Below, piece by piece: positions 9,045 to 18,090 of a stretch of 32,000 bases of DNA (the stretch's first letter is position 1; each line of letters starts with the position of its first letter). Both the position numbers and the translations under genes were made by a program. The notes under the pieces were generated by a model, which was given only the letters and a program-made list of their open reading frames with translations, was not told the DNA's origin and searched no databases. Source of the stretch: an uncultured Fibrobacteraceae bacterium (lineage in GTDB: Bacteria > Fibrobacterota > Chitinivibrionia > Chitinivibrionales > Chitinispirillaceae); the NCBI GenBank assembly GCA_963735155.1, contig CAVTJU010000001.1, positions 216,223-248,222 on the forward strand, given 5' to 3'.

Positions 9045-10541
9045 ATGAGTAAACCACCTCATGTGATCATAATTGGCGCAGGACTGGGCGGATTGGCTTC
9101 AGCGATTTATTGTGCATCGAAAGGAATAAAAGTTACAATTGTAGAAAAAAACAGTCATGCTGGAGGTAAATGTAATCTTTTAGTAAACGGGGGATTTTCT
9201 TTTGACCTTGGACCATCGATTCTGCTATTACCGGATATTTTCCGTTCTGTTTATCAAATCGCAGGGAAAAAATTTGATGATTATGTAAGTATAAGGCCTC
9301 TTGATATTCAATGGAGAAGTTTTTTTTGTGATGGGACAGTTATTGACCTCTATGCAGATTACAAGAAAACTGCAGATTGCCTGGTAATACCTGGAAAGAC
9401 AAAGAGTAACAGATTTGAAGCGTTTTATAAGTACGCAACGCATCAGTATACAGTTTTAAACGAACTCTACCTTAACAGAAACATAAATTCTCTATTTGAC
9501 CTGCTGAAATGCAAAGACATTTTCAAACTGTTTACACTTGATCTTTTCAGAACAATGCACGGAAGTACAAAGTGTTTTTTTAAAGATAAGCATCTTATAG
9601 ATGTTTTCGATTACTTTATAAAATATGTGGGCTCTTCGGCATATAAAGCTCCTGCATTCATGAATTTGCTTTCCGGAGCACAATTCTCGACAGGGTTATG
9701 GTATGTAAATGGAGGAATTTATAATATTGTCAGGGGATATCTCAGGTTAATCGAAACGATCGGTGTTGAAATAAAGCTCAACTCCGAAGTCAAGATGATT
9801 ATAACAAAGGGAAATAAAGTTTCGGGAGTTCTTCTCCACACAGGAGAACAAATTTACGCAGATGCAATAATATCAAATATGGAAGTGTTGCCTGTTTACC
9901 AGATGCTTTTACCTTGTGCTAAAAAAACGACTGAATGTATGCGGAAGTTTGAACCATCATGTTCAGGACTTGTTATACATTTAGGAGTGGATAAAGTGTA
10001 TACCGAATTGGCACATCATAATTTTTTCTTTTCAGAAGATCAGCAAAAGTACTTTCACTCTGTATTTGAGGAATACCAGCTCCCTGAGGATCCTACAATC
10101 TATGTGGTTGCTCCTTCAAGAAGCGATCCGTCCGTTGCTCCATCAGGATATGATAATATAAAGATTCTTCCTCATATACCACATCTTGTTCCGGGCAGAC
10201 ATTTAAGTCAATCAGAATATAAAGCATTTGGAGAAAGAGTTATTCAAAAGCTCGAACAAATGGGGCTGTATGATCTTCGAAAACATATCATTTTTCAGGA
10301 TTTCTGGACTCCTTATGATATTTATAATAAGTACTACTCAAATGAAGGATCGATTTACGGAATAGTTACCGATTTCTGGAAAAATTATGCATTTAAAGCT
10401 CCGAGACAAAGCAGAATGTTCAAAAATTTATTCTTTGCAGGAGGAAGTGTAAATCCGGGAGGAGGCATGCCGATGGTGACACTGTCAGGGATGCATGCGG
10501 GGAAAATGGTTGTGCAGCAGTTTAACAGAAAATATGTGTAG
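9045..10541 (+). CDS. Second phytoene desaturase-family protein (CrtN/CrtNb/CrtP-like)
   Basis: HVIIIGAGLGGLASAIYCASKGIKVTIVEKNSHAGGKCN, FSFDLGPSILLLPDIFRSVYQIAGKK, FFAGGSVNPGGGMPMVTLSGMHAGKMV. Confidence 0.85.
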   Translation: MSKPPHVIIIGAGLGGLASAIYCASKGIKVTIVEKNSHAGGKCNLLVNGGFSFDLGPSILLLPDIFRSVYQIAGKKFDDYVSIRPLDIQWRSFFCDGTVIDLYADYKKTADCLVIPGKTKSNRFEAFYKYATHQYTVLNELYLNRNINSLFDLLKCKDIFKLFTLDLFRTMHGSTKCFFKDKHLIDVFDYFIKYVGSSAYKAPAFMNLLSGAQFSTGLWYVNGGIYNIVRGYLRLIETIGVEIKLNSEVKMIITKGNKVSGVLLHTGEQIYADAIISNMEVLPVYQMLLPCAKKTTECMRKFEPSCSGLVIHLGVDKVYTELAHHNFFFSEDQQKYFHSVFEEYQLPEDPTIYVVAPSRSDPSVAPSGYDNIKILPHIPHLVPGRHLSQSEYKAFGERVIQKLEQMGLYDLRKHIIFQDFWTPYDIYNKYYSNEGSIYGIVTDFWKNYAFKAPRQSRMFKNLFFAGGSVNPGGGMPMVTLSGMHAGKMVVQQFNRKYV

Positions 10542-10627
10542 ATGTACACCTCAAAAGTGGAATAAGCAATTTCAAAGAGAAAATCTAATAAAGTCAACTA
10601 CTAGGAAAAATGGAAAAAATGTATTAT

Positions 10628-10926
10628 TATTGAATACGGGAATACGAATGAGATAACTTATTCGTTGGTTGCTATTAGTCAATTAAAAAATTACAAGTAT
10701 GAGAAATGCATTGTTAATATTAAAAATTTCAATCGACAATATCAAATGGTTCAATATTTACTGAATTTGAGAGTAGAATAAAAAAATAAGAAATGATCAT
10801 AGTGAGTTCGATGGAAATATGATATTATTAACCCAAATTGATAACAATCAATACTTAGTAAAAGTATTTTATGGGACAAATGGTGATCTTTACAATTTGA
10901 TTGATCAAGTTTATAAAAATATGTGA
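10628..10926 (+). pseudogene. Possible frameshifted remnant of an unknown small gene
   Basis: Two adjacent overlapping open stretches in different frames: IEYGNTNEITYSLVAISQLKNYKYEKCIVNIKNFNRQYQMVQYLLNLRVE* and ...FTEFESRIKKIRNDHSEFDGNMILLTQIDNNQYLVKVFYGTNGDLYNLIDQVYKNM*. No homolog recognised. Confidence 0.25.
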
Positions 10927-11013
10927 TCACTGTAATGTTAATTTTTTTTCAAGAGTATCAAGCAGAACGGGAATAATTCCCGCTATGCTCTAAAAAAGTA
11001 AGATCCCACCGTA

Positions 11014-13842
11014 CTAAGCTAATACTGGTTCCTTAATCTTCTGCTGAACTTCCTTTTGCGTTTTCTTTTTCTTTGGAGTTGGAGCATTGTGAATCATCTG
11101 TATTATTTCAGGACCATGCCACTGAAAAGGAGCAGTATCATCTCTCCAGTAAAGTACAGGCTTTCCATTCTCAATGGTGACAAGTTCCAGATTTCCATAC
11201 TGTCCGAAATTACTCTGAATCATTGAAACCGCGTTTACTTCTGTACATCCGAAATAAACCGGCCCGTTCCAGAAATTTCCTTCTTTACAGTAGTGAGCAA
11301 ATCCGCCGCCCTTTACCGGGGCTACTAATTCAAGATTTCCCGGCAGACTGCTGCTTTCTCTTTGAATTAACGATGGAACTCCGGTGAAACCAGGACCCCC
11401 AAAATAAAAGGGGCCAAACCAGTGATACGGTATAGAATTTTCCCGCCAATAGTAAACTAATCTGCCATGCTTCTTTTCTATTGCGACAACTTCAAGACAC
11501 CCATGCTCACCATAATTATTCTGGATCAACGCAACACCGGAAATCTTTACATCAGGATCACCAAAAAAGACAGGCTCTGTCCATGGGAAGCCACTACTAT
11601 GATTATCTCTTGAAAGATGAGCCAAACCACCGTTTTGCATAGGAATAACCAGTTCAAAATTGCCTTGTGATCCACCCATATTACCTTGAATAAAAGCGGG
11701 ATTGCCGCTGAAATCATAAGAGGAAAAGGCAGCTACAATTTCCTTATGCCAATTAAAAGGCCAGGTATCCTCGCGCCAGTAGTAGTGGAGGTGATTATTG
11801 CATCGGGCAATAACTTCCAAATTCCCTGAATCACCAAAAGTGCTTTGGATCATGCAGCAAGAAGAAATATTAGTGGAGTCAATTAGAGTCGGCCCATACC
11901 ACTTAAGCGACGGATCATCATTGTTGCGCAAGTAGTGCTCTAGTCCAATTCCAGGCCGAGGAATAACAAGTTCGAAATTACCTCTGACTTTACCAAGATT
12001 TCCCTGTTTAAAGAAGCCACTGCTTGACCGTGCATGATTATTTTGATAATGTATAGCAGGTGTATAGAATTTCCTTAAAGTCCAATCACCAAGAATATTC
12101 CATGAATAGCATTTTTTTCTGTCGGATGGATTCTTAGCAAGAGTTGCATTTTGTGATTCCTGTTGGAAGTATTCTTTCCATCCATTACCAAGATGCGCTT
12201 CATCAGATGAACCGAATCCGATTCCAAATCCTTTTGGCCCTTCGGCATACATTCGCGATCGGGATAAAACGGAGAGACCATTTAGAAAAAACAGAATTCC
12301 TTCAGATGTCTGACAAGCGCCATATTCCTGGCTGTTATAGGGAACCGTATCTGCTTTGTCAGGAGTATTTGCATCAAATCCAGTATGAAGAAAGAAGCTG
12401 GGAGTTGTATTCTGAAGAACTTTATTTTCATACAATGTTCTGTAAAGATTAAGATCAGCTGTATGGAGTCCTTCAAAAGAGGGAATAAATTCATTATCTC
12501 TTTGTATCCAGCGCCATGGAGAGCCGCCAGATTCGATTTCGATCTGAGCAAAATTATCATTACGGAAGACAGTCATCGATGATGATCTTCCGGATGTATG
12601 GGCGCCGATACCACGGATTGTGACGGGTAGTTTCAGCCATCTTACAAAATCCAGTAGTGAAGCATTATGAATTTCATCGGTCGATGTGCTGATACCATAA
12701 AATCCATCATTTACTGATTCAAGGCCGAAATCGTACTCTATATTGGAAATAGTGGTTTCATTGCTGCTGTATTTACCATTGCGAAAGGCATGGTTACGGT
12801 CGAAATAGTCAATAAACAGTTTTCGTTCAAGTGCAGCACTGTGTTTCCAATTGAAAATATCCGCCGAAACGGTATCGTTGAAGTCTGCGTGTGCAGGTTT
12901 ACCGTTGCTATCCAGCAAAGAAGAATCCGGGTTTGTTGCAATATGCCGGGCATTTATTCTTGATACGATGATATCGGGCTGAGCGATTGCATTACTGTGA
13001 AGTCTGTCGTTTGTTCCCAGTTCGGAGTTCATTTGATTGAACGCGGCGCGGGTACTATCAAGTTGATTTGAGTTCATAATGAGGGTGATAGAGTCTTGCG
13101 TTTGTGAGTCAAGCCGCCATTCATCATCTTTTATCCAGAAGAAGTCCTCGAAGGACATGCTGTCTTGCCTGTAATTGCCTCTTTTACAAGTAACTTTGGT
13201 CCATCTTGCAGGGAGCATCTGTTCAGAATCAGGTTTAAAGATACCATAATTGATTGTGTCGGATGTATGATAAATGTTTTCCCAATTTCCACTAAGATTT
13301 GAAAGCACTATTTCTGACCGGTATCCATGAATACATGCACCTACATGGTAAGCGAGGGTACCAGCTGGAAATGATGCGTTTTCTGAAGGAACGGAAAAAG
13401 CTAAAGTTTCGGGTCTGAGCCAGGTGCGGACGATCATTGCTTCAGGAAATGACCCTACAAGTATAGCACCTTCAAATTTTTCATAGGTGTTTTTAATCTC
13501 TCTGAAGAACTCTCTAATTGCAAGCAGTTTTTTTCCATCCCTGTGCTGTTTATCTGCGAAAATTTTAGTTTCAATAAACTTTGACTGGAAGCCTTCCTTT
13601 TGCAAATCACTTTTAAAGCTGTAGAGGCGTTTCAAAAGATCTGCAGGTGAATAAATGCAATCTGGTATTGGTTCCAGAAGTCTGGATTCGACCAATACGA
13701 GAATCATTTTTTTTGAATTATCAAGTTCATCGGTGGCTGATTCAAATGGGAGAAGATTGAGAGATTCGATATCAGGTTGTGAATCATCAGTGGTGGAAAA
13801 ATTATTGAAACTTTTAAGAATTGAAAAAAAATCCGTGCTCAC
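11014..13842 (-). CDS. Large protein with gingipain/caspase-like (C25-like) N-terminal region and six C-terminal propeller-like repeats
   Basis: Start at GTG 13842 with AGGAGG upstream. Middle region ends in YSWNILGDWTLRKFY, as C25-type domains do. The C-terminus has six repeats of the (S/F)IQxxxGxxGNLELVxxxxGxLxHYWR...FxWxGP type. Confidence 0.6.
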   Translation of the reverse strand: MSTDFFSILKSFNNFSTTDDSQPDIESLNLLPFESATDELDNSKKMILVLVESRLLEPIPDCIYSPADLLKRLYSFKSDLQKEGFQSKFIETKIFADKQHRDGKKLLAIREFFREIKNTYEKFEGAILVGSFPEAMIVRTWLRPETLAFSVPSENASFPAGTLAYHVGACIHGYRSEIVLSNLSGNWENIYHTSDTINYGIFKPDSEQMLPARWTKVTCKRGNYRQDSMSFEDFFWIKDDEWRLDSQTQDSITLIMNSNQLDSTRAAFNQMNSELGTNDRLHSNAIAQPDIIVSRINARHIATNPDSSLLDSNGKPAHADFNDTVSADIFNWKHSAALERKLFIDYFDRNHAFRNGKYSSNETTISNIEYDFGLESVNDGFYGISTSTDEIHNASLLDFVRWLKLPVTIRGIGAHTSGRSSSMTVFRNDNFAQIEIESGGSPWRWIQRDNEFIPSFEGLHTADLNLYRTLYENKVLQNTTPSFFLHTGFDANTPDKADTVPYNSQEYGACQTSEGILFFLNGLSVLSRSRMYAEGPKGFGIGFGSSDEAHLGNGWKEYFQQESQNATLAKNPSDRKKCYSWNILGDWTLRKFYTPAIHYQNNHARSSSGFFKQGNLGKVRGNFELVIPRPGIGLEHYLRNNDDPSLKWYGPTLIDSTNISSCCMIQSTFGDSGNLEVIARCNNHLHYYWREDTWPFNWHKEIVAAFSSYDFSGNPAFIQGNMGGSQGNFELVIPMQNGGLAHLSRDNHSSGFPWTEPVFFGDPDVKISGVALIQNNYGEHGCLEVVAIEKKHGRLVYYWRENSIPYHWFGPFYFGGPGFTGVPSLIQRESSSLPGNLELVAPVKGGGFAHYCKEGNFWNGPVYFGCTEVNAVSMIQSNFGQYGNLELVTIENGKPVLYWRDDTAPFQWHGPEIIQMIHNAPTPKKKKTQKEVQQKIKEPVLA
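11098..12018 (-). repeat. Six in-protein tandem repeats of about 50 aa (three A-B pairs)
   Basis: Repeats begin GFFKQGNLGKVRGNFELVIP; CCMIQSTFGDSGNLEVIA; PAFIQGNMGGSQGNFELVIP; VALIQNNYGEHGCLEVVA; PSLIQRESSSLPGNLELVAP; VSMIQSNFGQYGNLELVT. Confidence 0.8.
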
Positions 13843-14068
13843 TACTGCCTCCTTTAGTAAAACAAAGTAAACAATTAAGAGAGATTGCTTTGGAAATAGA
13901 GAGGGAACGTAAGGCAAAGAGTAACATTTGTGAGAAAAAAGAGAGGAATCAAATGCCCCACGGTAAACAATAATATAGGTAATAATACAAATATTACGCA
14001 AGTAGAAGGATAAAAAAATGGATGGCATCTTAATTGCCGCTTGCGTGATGTACTGTTGGGGGGCTAAA

Positions 14069-16453
14069 ATGTCAGATCAAATAGCTGAAAATCTACCTTT
14101 CGAAATAGTCATTCTCCCCATTCGTATCGCGGTTGCATATCCTCTTGTAGCGATTCCAGTGGAAGTTAATTTATCAAAATCCATAAAATTGGTTGAACAA
14201 TCATGGAGAGATAATCGTCAAATAGGATTATTGACTATCAAAGATCACCTGATTGAAACCAGAAGAGGTCAACAGCAAGAATTCCCGACTTCAGATCAAA
14301 TATATTCAACCGGAACGCTGGCCACTATAGAACAGATAATAAAAGTAAGAAAGAACGTGCTGCAGGTTATCTTTCAGGGGATTGAAAAGTTTGACATCGA
14401 GGAGTGGACAGGTACTGATCCGTATTTGCGCGCAAGGATCAGGATCAGATATGATGAGTATTATGAAGATAATGAAGATATCGAAATGGAAGCAATGAAA
14501 AGAAGTTTACGGGATTTATCAAAAGAGGTTGTATTGCTTGCACCGGAATTACCAAAAGAGGTAATTCAAATTATCGATTCAATCGAAAGTACACGTCATT
14601 TAATCTACTTTGTGGCTTCAATAGCGAGTCTGACCATAGCAGAAAAGCAGAAAATCCTTGACCTTGATAATTTAAAAGAAAAGTGCCGTATTTTACTTGC
14701 GAACCTGACTAAGGAAAAAGAGGTGGTTGCATTGGGAAAAAAGATCCAGGCTGATGTCAGGGAGGAAGTTGATAAAACACAAAAAGAATTTTTTCTTCGT
14801 CAGGAACTCAAAGCTATTCATAAAGAGCTTGGAGAAAAAGAAGAAAATATCGTTAGTGAATATACTGAAAAAATTAATAAAGCGAATATGTCTGATGAAG
14901 CAAAAAAAGAAGTAACAAAAGAGCTGGAACGATTGACTACAATGTCACCGCAATCAGCTGAATATCCTGTGGTGAAGAATTATCTTGATTGGATTGTTGA
15001 GTTGCCGTGGCAAATAAAAAGCAATGACCAGATTGACATTGAAAATGCCCGGCGGATTCTTGATAATGATCATTATGATATTAATGATGTAAAGGATAGG
15101 ATACTTGAGTATCTTGCGGTAAAGAAAATTATAAAAGAGCGTAATATACCTACAGATAAAGAGTCCGGAGAGACCGCGACGATTCTTTGTTTTGTGGGTC
15201 CTCCGGGAGTAGGGAAGACAAGTTTAGGGCAGAGTATTGCCCGTGCTCTTGGACGCAAATTTACAAGGATGAGTTTGGGTGGAATACGGGATGAAGCAGA
15301 AATACGGGGCCATCGCAGAACGTATGTTGGAGCTCTTCCCGGACGCATCATTCAGGCTTTGAAAAGAGTTGGCACACGCAATCCTGTATTCATGCTTGAT
15401 GAAATAGATAAGGTTGGAGTTGACTGGAGGGGGGATCCCAGCAGTGCCTTACTGGAAGTTTTGGACCCTGCGCAGAATCACTCCTTTCGGGATAACTATC
15501 TCGATGTGGATTTCGATTTGAGTGAGATCATGTTTATTACAACTGCAAATCAGCTGGAGACTATCCTTCCTCCTTTGCGGGACAGAATGGAAATAATTCA
15601 GCTTGACGGGTACACAGAATATGAGAAACTTATAATAGCAATAAAGTATCTAATTCCAAGACAACTGAAGGTAAATGGACTCAGGGAACATGAAATTGTA
15701 TTTACAGAAGAATCAATCAAGAAAATTATTCAGGATTATACACGCGAAGCCGGTGTCCGTAATCTCGAAAGACAAATTGGAACTGTCTGCCGGAAATGTG
15801 TTATAAAGATCGCTTCAAAAGAAACTTCGCAATTGGTAATCTCGCCGGAACAGATTCGTACTTATTTGAAAAGAGAAAAGTTCGAGTCAGAAATATCGGA
15901 AACAGTAGATATTCCGGGAATTGTTACCGGATTAGCGGTAACTGATTCCGGTGGGGAAATACTTTTCATTGAAGCTACACATATGAAAGGAAAGGGTGAA
16001 TTGACAATTACAGGGCAGTTAGGCGCTGTGATGCGGGAGAGCGCTCAGATAGCTCACAGTTTTGTCCGATCAAAAGCTACTCAATTGGGTATCGATCCAG
16101 ATGAGTTCGGAAAAACCGATATTCATCTTCATGTCCCCGCCGGGGCTACACCTAAGGATGGTCCTTCAGCCGGTTTAGCGATGGTAGTAGCTATCGCCAG
16201 TCTCTTTAGCAATAAGCCCATAAACAGCACCATAGGAATGACAGGCGAAGCAACATTACGTGGACGTGTTTTACCAGTTGGCGGAATAAAAATGAAATCT
16301 CTGGCTGCTCACCGTGCCGGAATAAAAAAAGTAATTCTACCTAAACGCAATGAGAAAGATCTCGAAGAATTACCTGAAGATATTTTAAAGTCAATTGATT
16401 TTGTATTGGTTGAAAAAATTGATGATGCATTAAGGGAAGTTTTCCTGTTATAA
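14069..16453 (+). CDS. lon: ATP-dependent Lon protease
   Basis: N-terminal LPFEIVILPIRIAVAYPLVAIPVEV, Walker A CFVGPPGVGKTSLGQSIARALGRKF, Walker B PVFMLDEIDKVG, catalytic GATPKDGPSAGLAM, KMKSLAAHRAGIKKVILP. Start at the internal ATG 14069 rather than 14018. Confidence 0.95.
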   Translation: MSDQIAENLPFEIVILPIRIAVAYPLVAIPVEVNLSKSIKLVEQSWRDNRQIGLLTIKDHLIETRRGQQQEFPTSDQIYSTGTLATIEQIIKVRKNVLQVIFQGIEKFDIEEWTGTDPYLRARIRIRYDEYYEDNEDIEMEAMKRSLRDLSKEVVLLAPELPKEVIQIIDSIESTRHLIYFVASIASLTIAEKQKILDLDNLKEKCRILLANLTKEKEVVALGKKIQADVREEVDKTQKEFFLRQELKAIHKELGEKEENIVSEYTEKINKANMSDEAKKEVTKELERLTTMSPQSAEYPVVKNYLDWIVELPWQIKSNDQIDIENARRILDNDHYDINDVKDRILEYLAVKKIIKERNIPTDKESGETATILCFVGPPGVGKTSLGQSIARALGRKFTRMSLGGIRDEAEIRGHRRTYVGALPGRIIQALKRVGTRNPVFMLDEIDKVGVDWRGDPSSALLEVLDPAQNHSFRDNYLDVDFDLSEIMFITTANQLETILPPLRDRMEIIQLDGYTEYEKLIIAIKYLIPRQLKVNGLREHEIVFTEESIKKIIQDYTREAGVRNLERQIGTVCRKCVIKIASKETSQLVISPEQIRTYLKREKFESEISETVDIPGIVTGLAVTDSGGEILFIEATHMKGKGELTITGQLGAVMRESAQIAHSFVRSKATQLGIDPDEFGKTDIHLHVPAGATPKDGPSAGLAMVVAIASLFSNKPINSTIGMTGEATLRGRVLPVGGIKMKSLAAHRAGIKKVILPKRNEKDLEELPEDILKSIDFVLVEKIDDALREVFLL

Positions 16454-16473
16454 TATAGAATAGCTATAAGGTA

Positions 16474-16500
16474 ATAAGCTTTAAATTTATTGAAGCTTAT
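16474..16500 (+). terminator. Weak hairpin after lon
   Basis: Perfect 8-bp inverted repeat ATAAGCTT...AAGCTTAT, 20 nt after the lon stop. No strong T tract. Confidence 0.25.
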
Positions 16501-16548
16501 GAAAATAAAATTTTGCCTAAGCACGTTTTTTTTACCTTTTCTATAGTA

Positions 16549-16727
16549 ACCCCAAAAGGTGCAGCACTGGGGACCGTATTGGCATTTATGATGTCAGTAA
16601 TTGGTCTATCACTACCTGAGATGGTTATCTTGTGCAAAGTCTTGAAATCAAGACATATCGCACTTTTATAGCAATTATTGGGTGTGGAATGGTTGCTGTG
16701 GTTTTTTATTCAATCTTGTTACAATAA
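16549..16727 (+). pseudogene. C-terminal remnant of an ArsP/DUF318-like permease, frameshifted
   Basis: Frame 1: TPKGAALGTVLAFMMSVIGLSLPEMVILCKVLK. Continues after a +/-1 shift as RTFIAIIGCGMVAVVFYSILLQ*. No N-terminal portion present. Confidence 0.6.
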
Positions 16728-16847
16728 AAATTGTACTTCGAGGTTGAATAAAACCTTAAAATGAAACAGAAACTATTATATAATGTGTCAAATAATTAGT
16801 TGTTTGGGCAAATAATGCGATGATTCGGGAATAAATATTATTTAATA

Positions 16848-16896
16848 TTGACTTTGCGGTTTTTAACAGATATATTTCGTTGTGTGGCGAAATATA
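16848..16896 (+). promoter_or_regulatory. Sigma70-like promoter with overlapping operator-like palindrome
   Basis: TTGACT (16848-16853), 17-nt spacer, TATATT (16871-16876). Perfect 9-bp inverted repeat TATATTTCG (16871-16879) / CGAAATATA (16888-16896) with an 8-nt spacer covers the -10 and the expected +1. Confidence 0.65.
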
Positions 16897-16925
16897 AAAA
16901 CAACTATCAACCGAAGGAGGAAAAG

Positions 16926-17210
16926 ATGGCAGATTATAACATTAGCAAAAAATTAAAAAAGTATTTTCACAGAGCAAGTGAAAGAGCTTATCGTCATCGG
17001 TGCTGCAATTGCCTGTAACTGCGAAACCTGATTCAAATTTCATTATGATAAGGCACGCAAGATTGACATTTCTAACGAAGATGTGCTCGCAGTGGTAAAA
17101 ATGGGGATTATGTAAAAGATACATCAGCGCATGTAATTAAAGACCTTGCATACAAATACCTTAATGAGAGTAATAAGCAGGATTGTCGATCGACAACAAG
17201 GAATTGGTGC
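16926..17210 (+). pseudogene. Decayed carboxymuconolactone decarboxylase / AhpD-like gene
   Basis: RBS AAGGAGG then ATG 16926. MADYNISKKLKKYF, then shifted frame VKELIVIGAAIACNCET(TGA)FKFHYDKARKIDISNEDVLAVVKMG, then shifted again YVKDTSAHVIKDLAYKYLNE. At least two frameshifts plus an in-frame TGA. Confidence 0.65.
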
Positions 17211-17262
17211 AGCTAATACGGTATATAGACTCTATTGTACATAATAAAGGTGGATTCTAATA

Positions 17263-17631
17263 ATGGATGATTTCATAACTATCTGTAAAGCTCTTTCGGA
17301 TCCAGGGCGCGTTCGTGCACTGCTTGCATTACGTAATGGAGAATTGTGCGTTTGCCAGATCATTGAGCTGCTTGGCCTTGCTCCTTCAACGGTGTCAAAG
17401 CACATGTCGATTCTCAAGCAAGCTGGACTTGTTCTCAGTCGCAAAGAAGAACGTTGGATCTATTATCGATTGATTGAAGAAAAACAAGGTAGCAAAGTAA
17501 CCAGTAACACAATGAAGTGGGTTTATCAAATGTTAGAAAATGATAAGGAGATTTCGCGGGATGCTAAAGCATTATCCAGAATCACTCAAGAGGACCTATT
17601 AAAATTATGCAAAATGCAACGCAACAAATGA
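17263..17631 (+). CDS. arsR: ArsR/SmtB family metalloregulator
   Basis: 122 aa winged helix: ALSDPGRVRALLALRNGELCVCQIIELLGLAPSTVSKHMSILKQAGLVLSRKEERWIYYRL; ELCVC metal-binding motif. Confidence 0.92.
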   Translation: MDDFITICKALSDPGRVRALLALRNGELCVCQIIELLGLAPSTVSKHMSILKQAGLVLSRKEERWIYYRLIEEKQGSKVTSNTMKWVYQMLENDKEISRDAKALSRITQEDLLKLCKMQRNK

Positions 17632-18068
17632 AAATACTCTTTCTTTGTACTGGCAACTCCTGCCGAAGCCAAATGGCTGAGGGATGGGCGAGGTATCTCA
17701 AGAAAGATATCATTGAACCCTATTCTGCAGGAATCGAAACCCATGGGATGAATCCGAACGCCATCAGGGTAATGGCCGAAGCTGGAGTGGACATTTCAAG
17801 TCACCATTCAAAACACATTGATGAATTAAAACATATTCATTTTGATTGGGTCATAACAGTTTGCGACAACGCCAACGAACGTTGTCCGATCTTTCCCGGC
17901 AAGGCAAATCGTTTCCACATCAGTTTTGATGATCCACCAAAACTCGCCGAAAATGCCAAAACTGAGGATGAAGCGCTTTCTCATTACCGGCGAGTGCGTG
18001 ATGAAATCAGAGCATTTGTTGAAAAACTCCCTGAAATCTTGATAAAACCACAAGTGAGCACAGACTAA
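17628..18068 (+). CDS. arsC: Arsenate reductase, thioredoxin-coupled (low-Mr phosphatase fold)
   Basis: MKILFLCTGNSCRSQMAEGWARYL P-loop (CX5R), VCDNANERCPIFPG redox Cys pair, FDDPPKLA. ATG overlaps the arsR TGA (ATGA, 17628-17631). Confidence 0.93.
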   Translation: MKILFLCTGNSCRSQMAEGWARYLKKDIIEPYSAGIETHGMNPNAIRVMAEAGVDISSHHSKHIDELKHIHFDWVITVCDNANERCPIFPGKANRFHISFDDPPKLAENAKTEDEALSHYRRVRDEIRAFVEKLPEILIKPQVSTD

Positions 18069-18090
18069 AAAATGAAGGACATTTCAAATC

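Noticed and set aside
14018-14068. Upstream extension of Lon, and the N-terminal 62 residues of the 1004-aa ORF that overlap it divergently
   Set aside because: Internal starts (ATG 14069; GTG 13842 with AGGAGG) fit the family N-terminus and RBS placement better.
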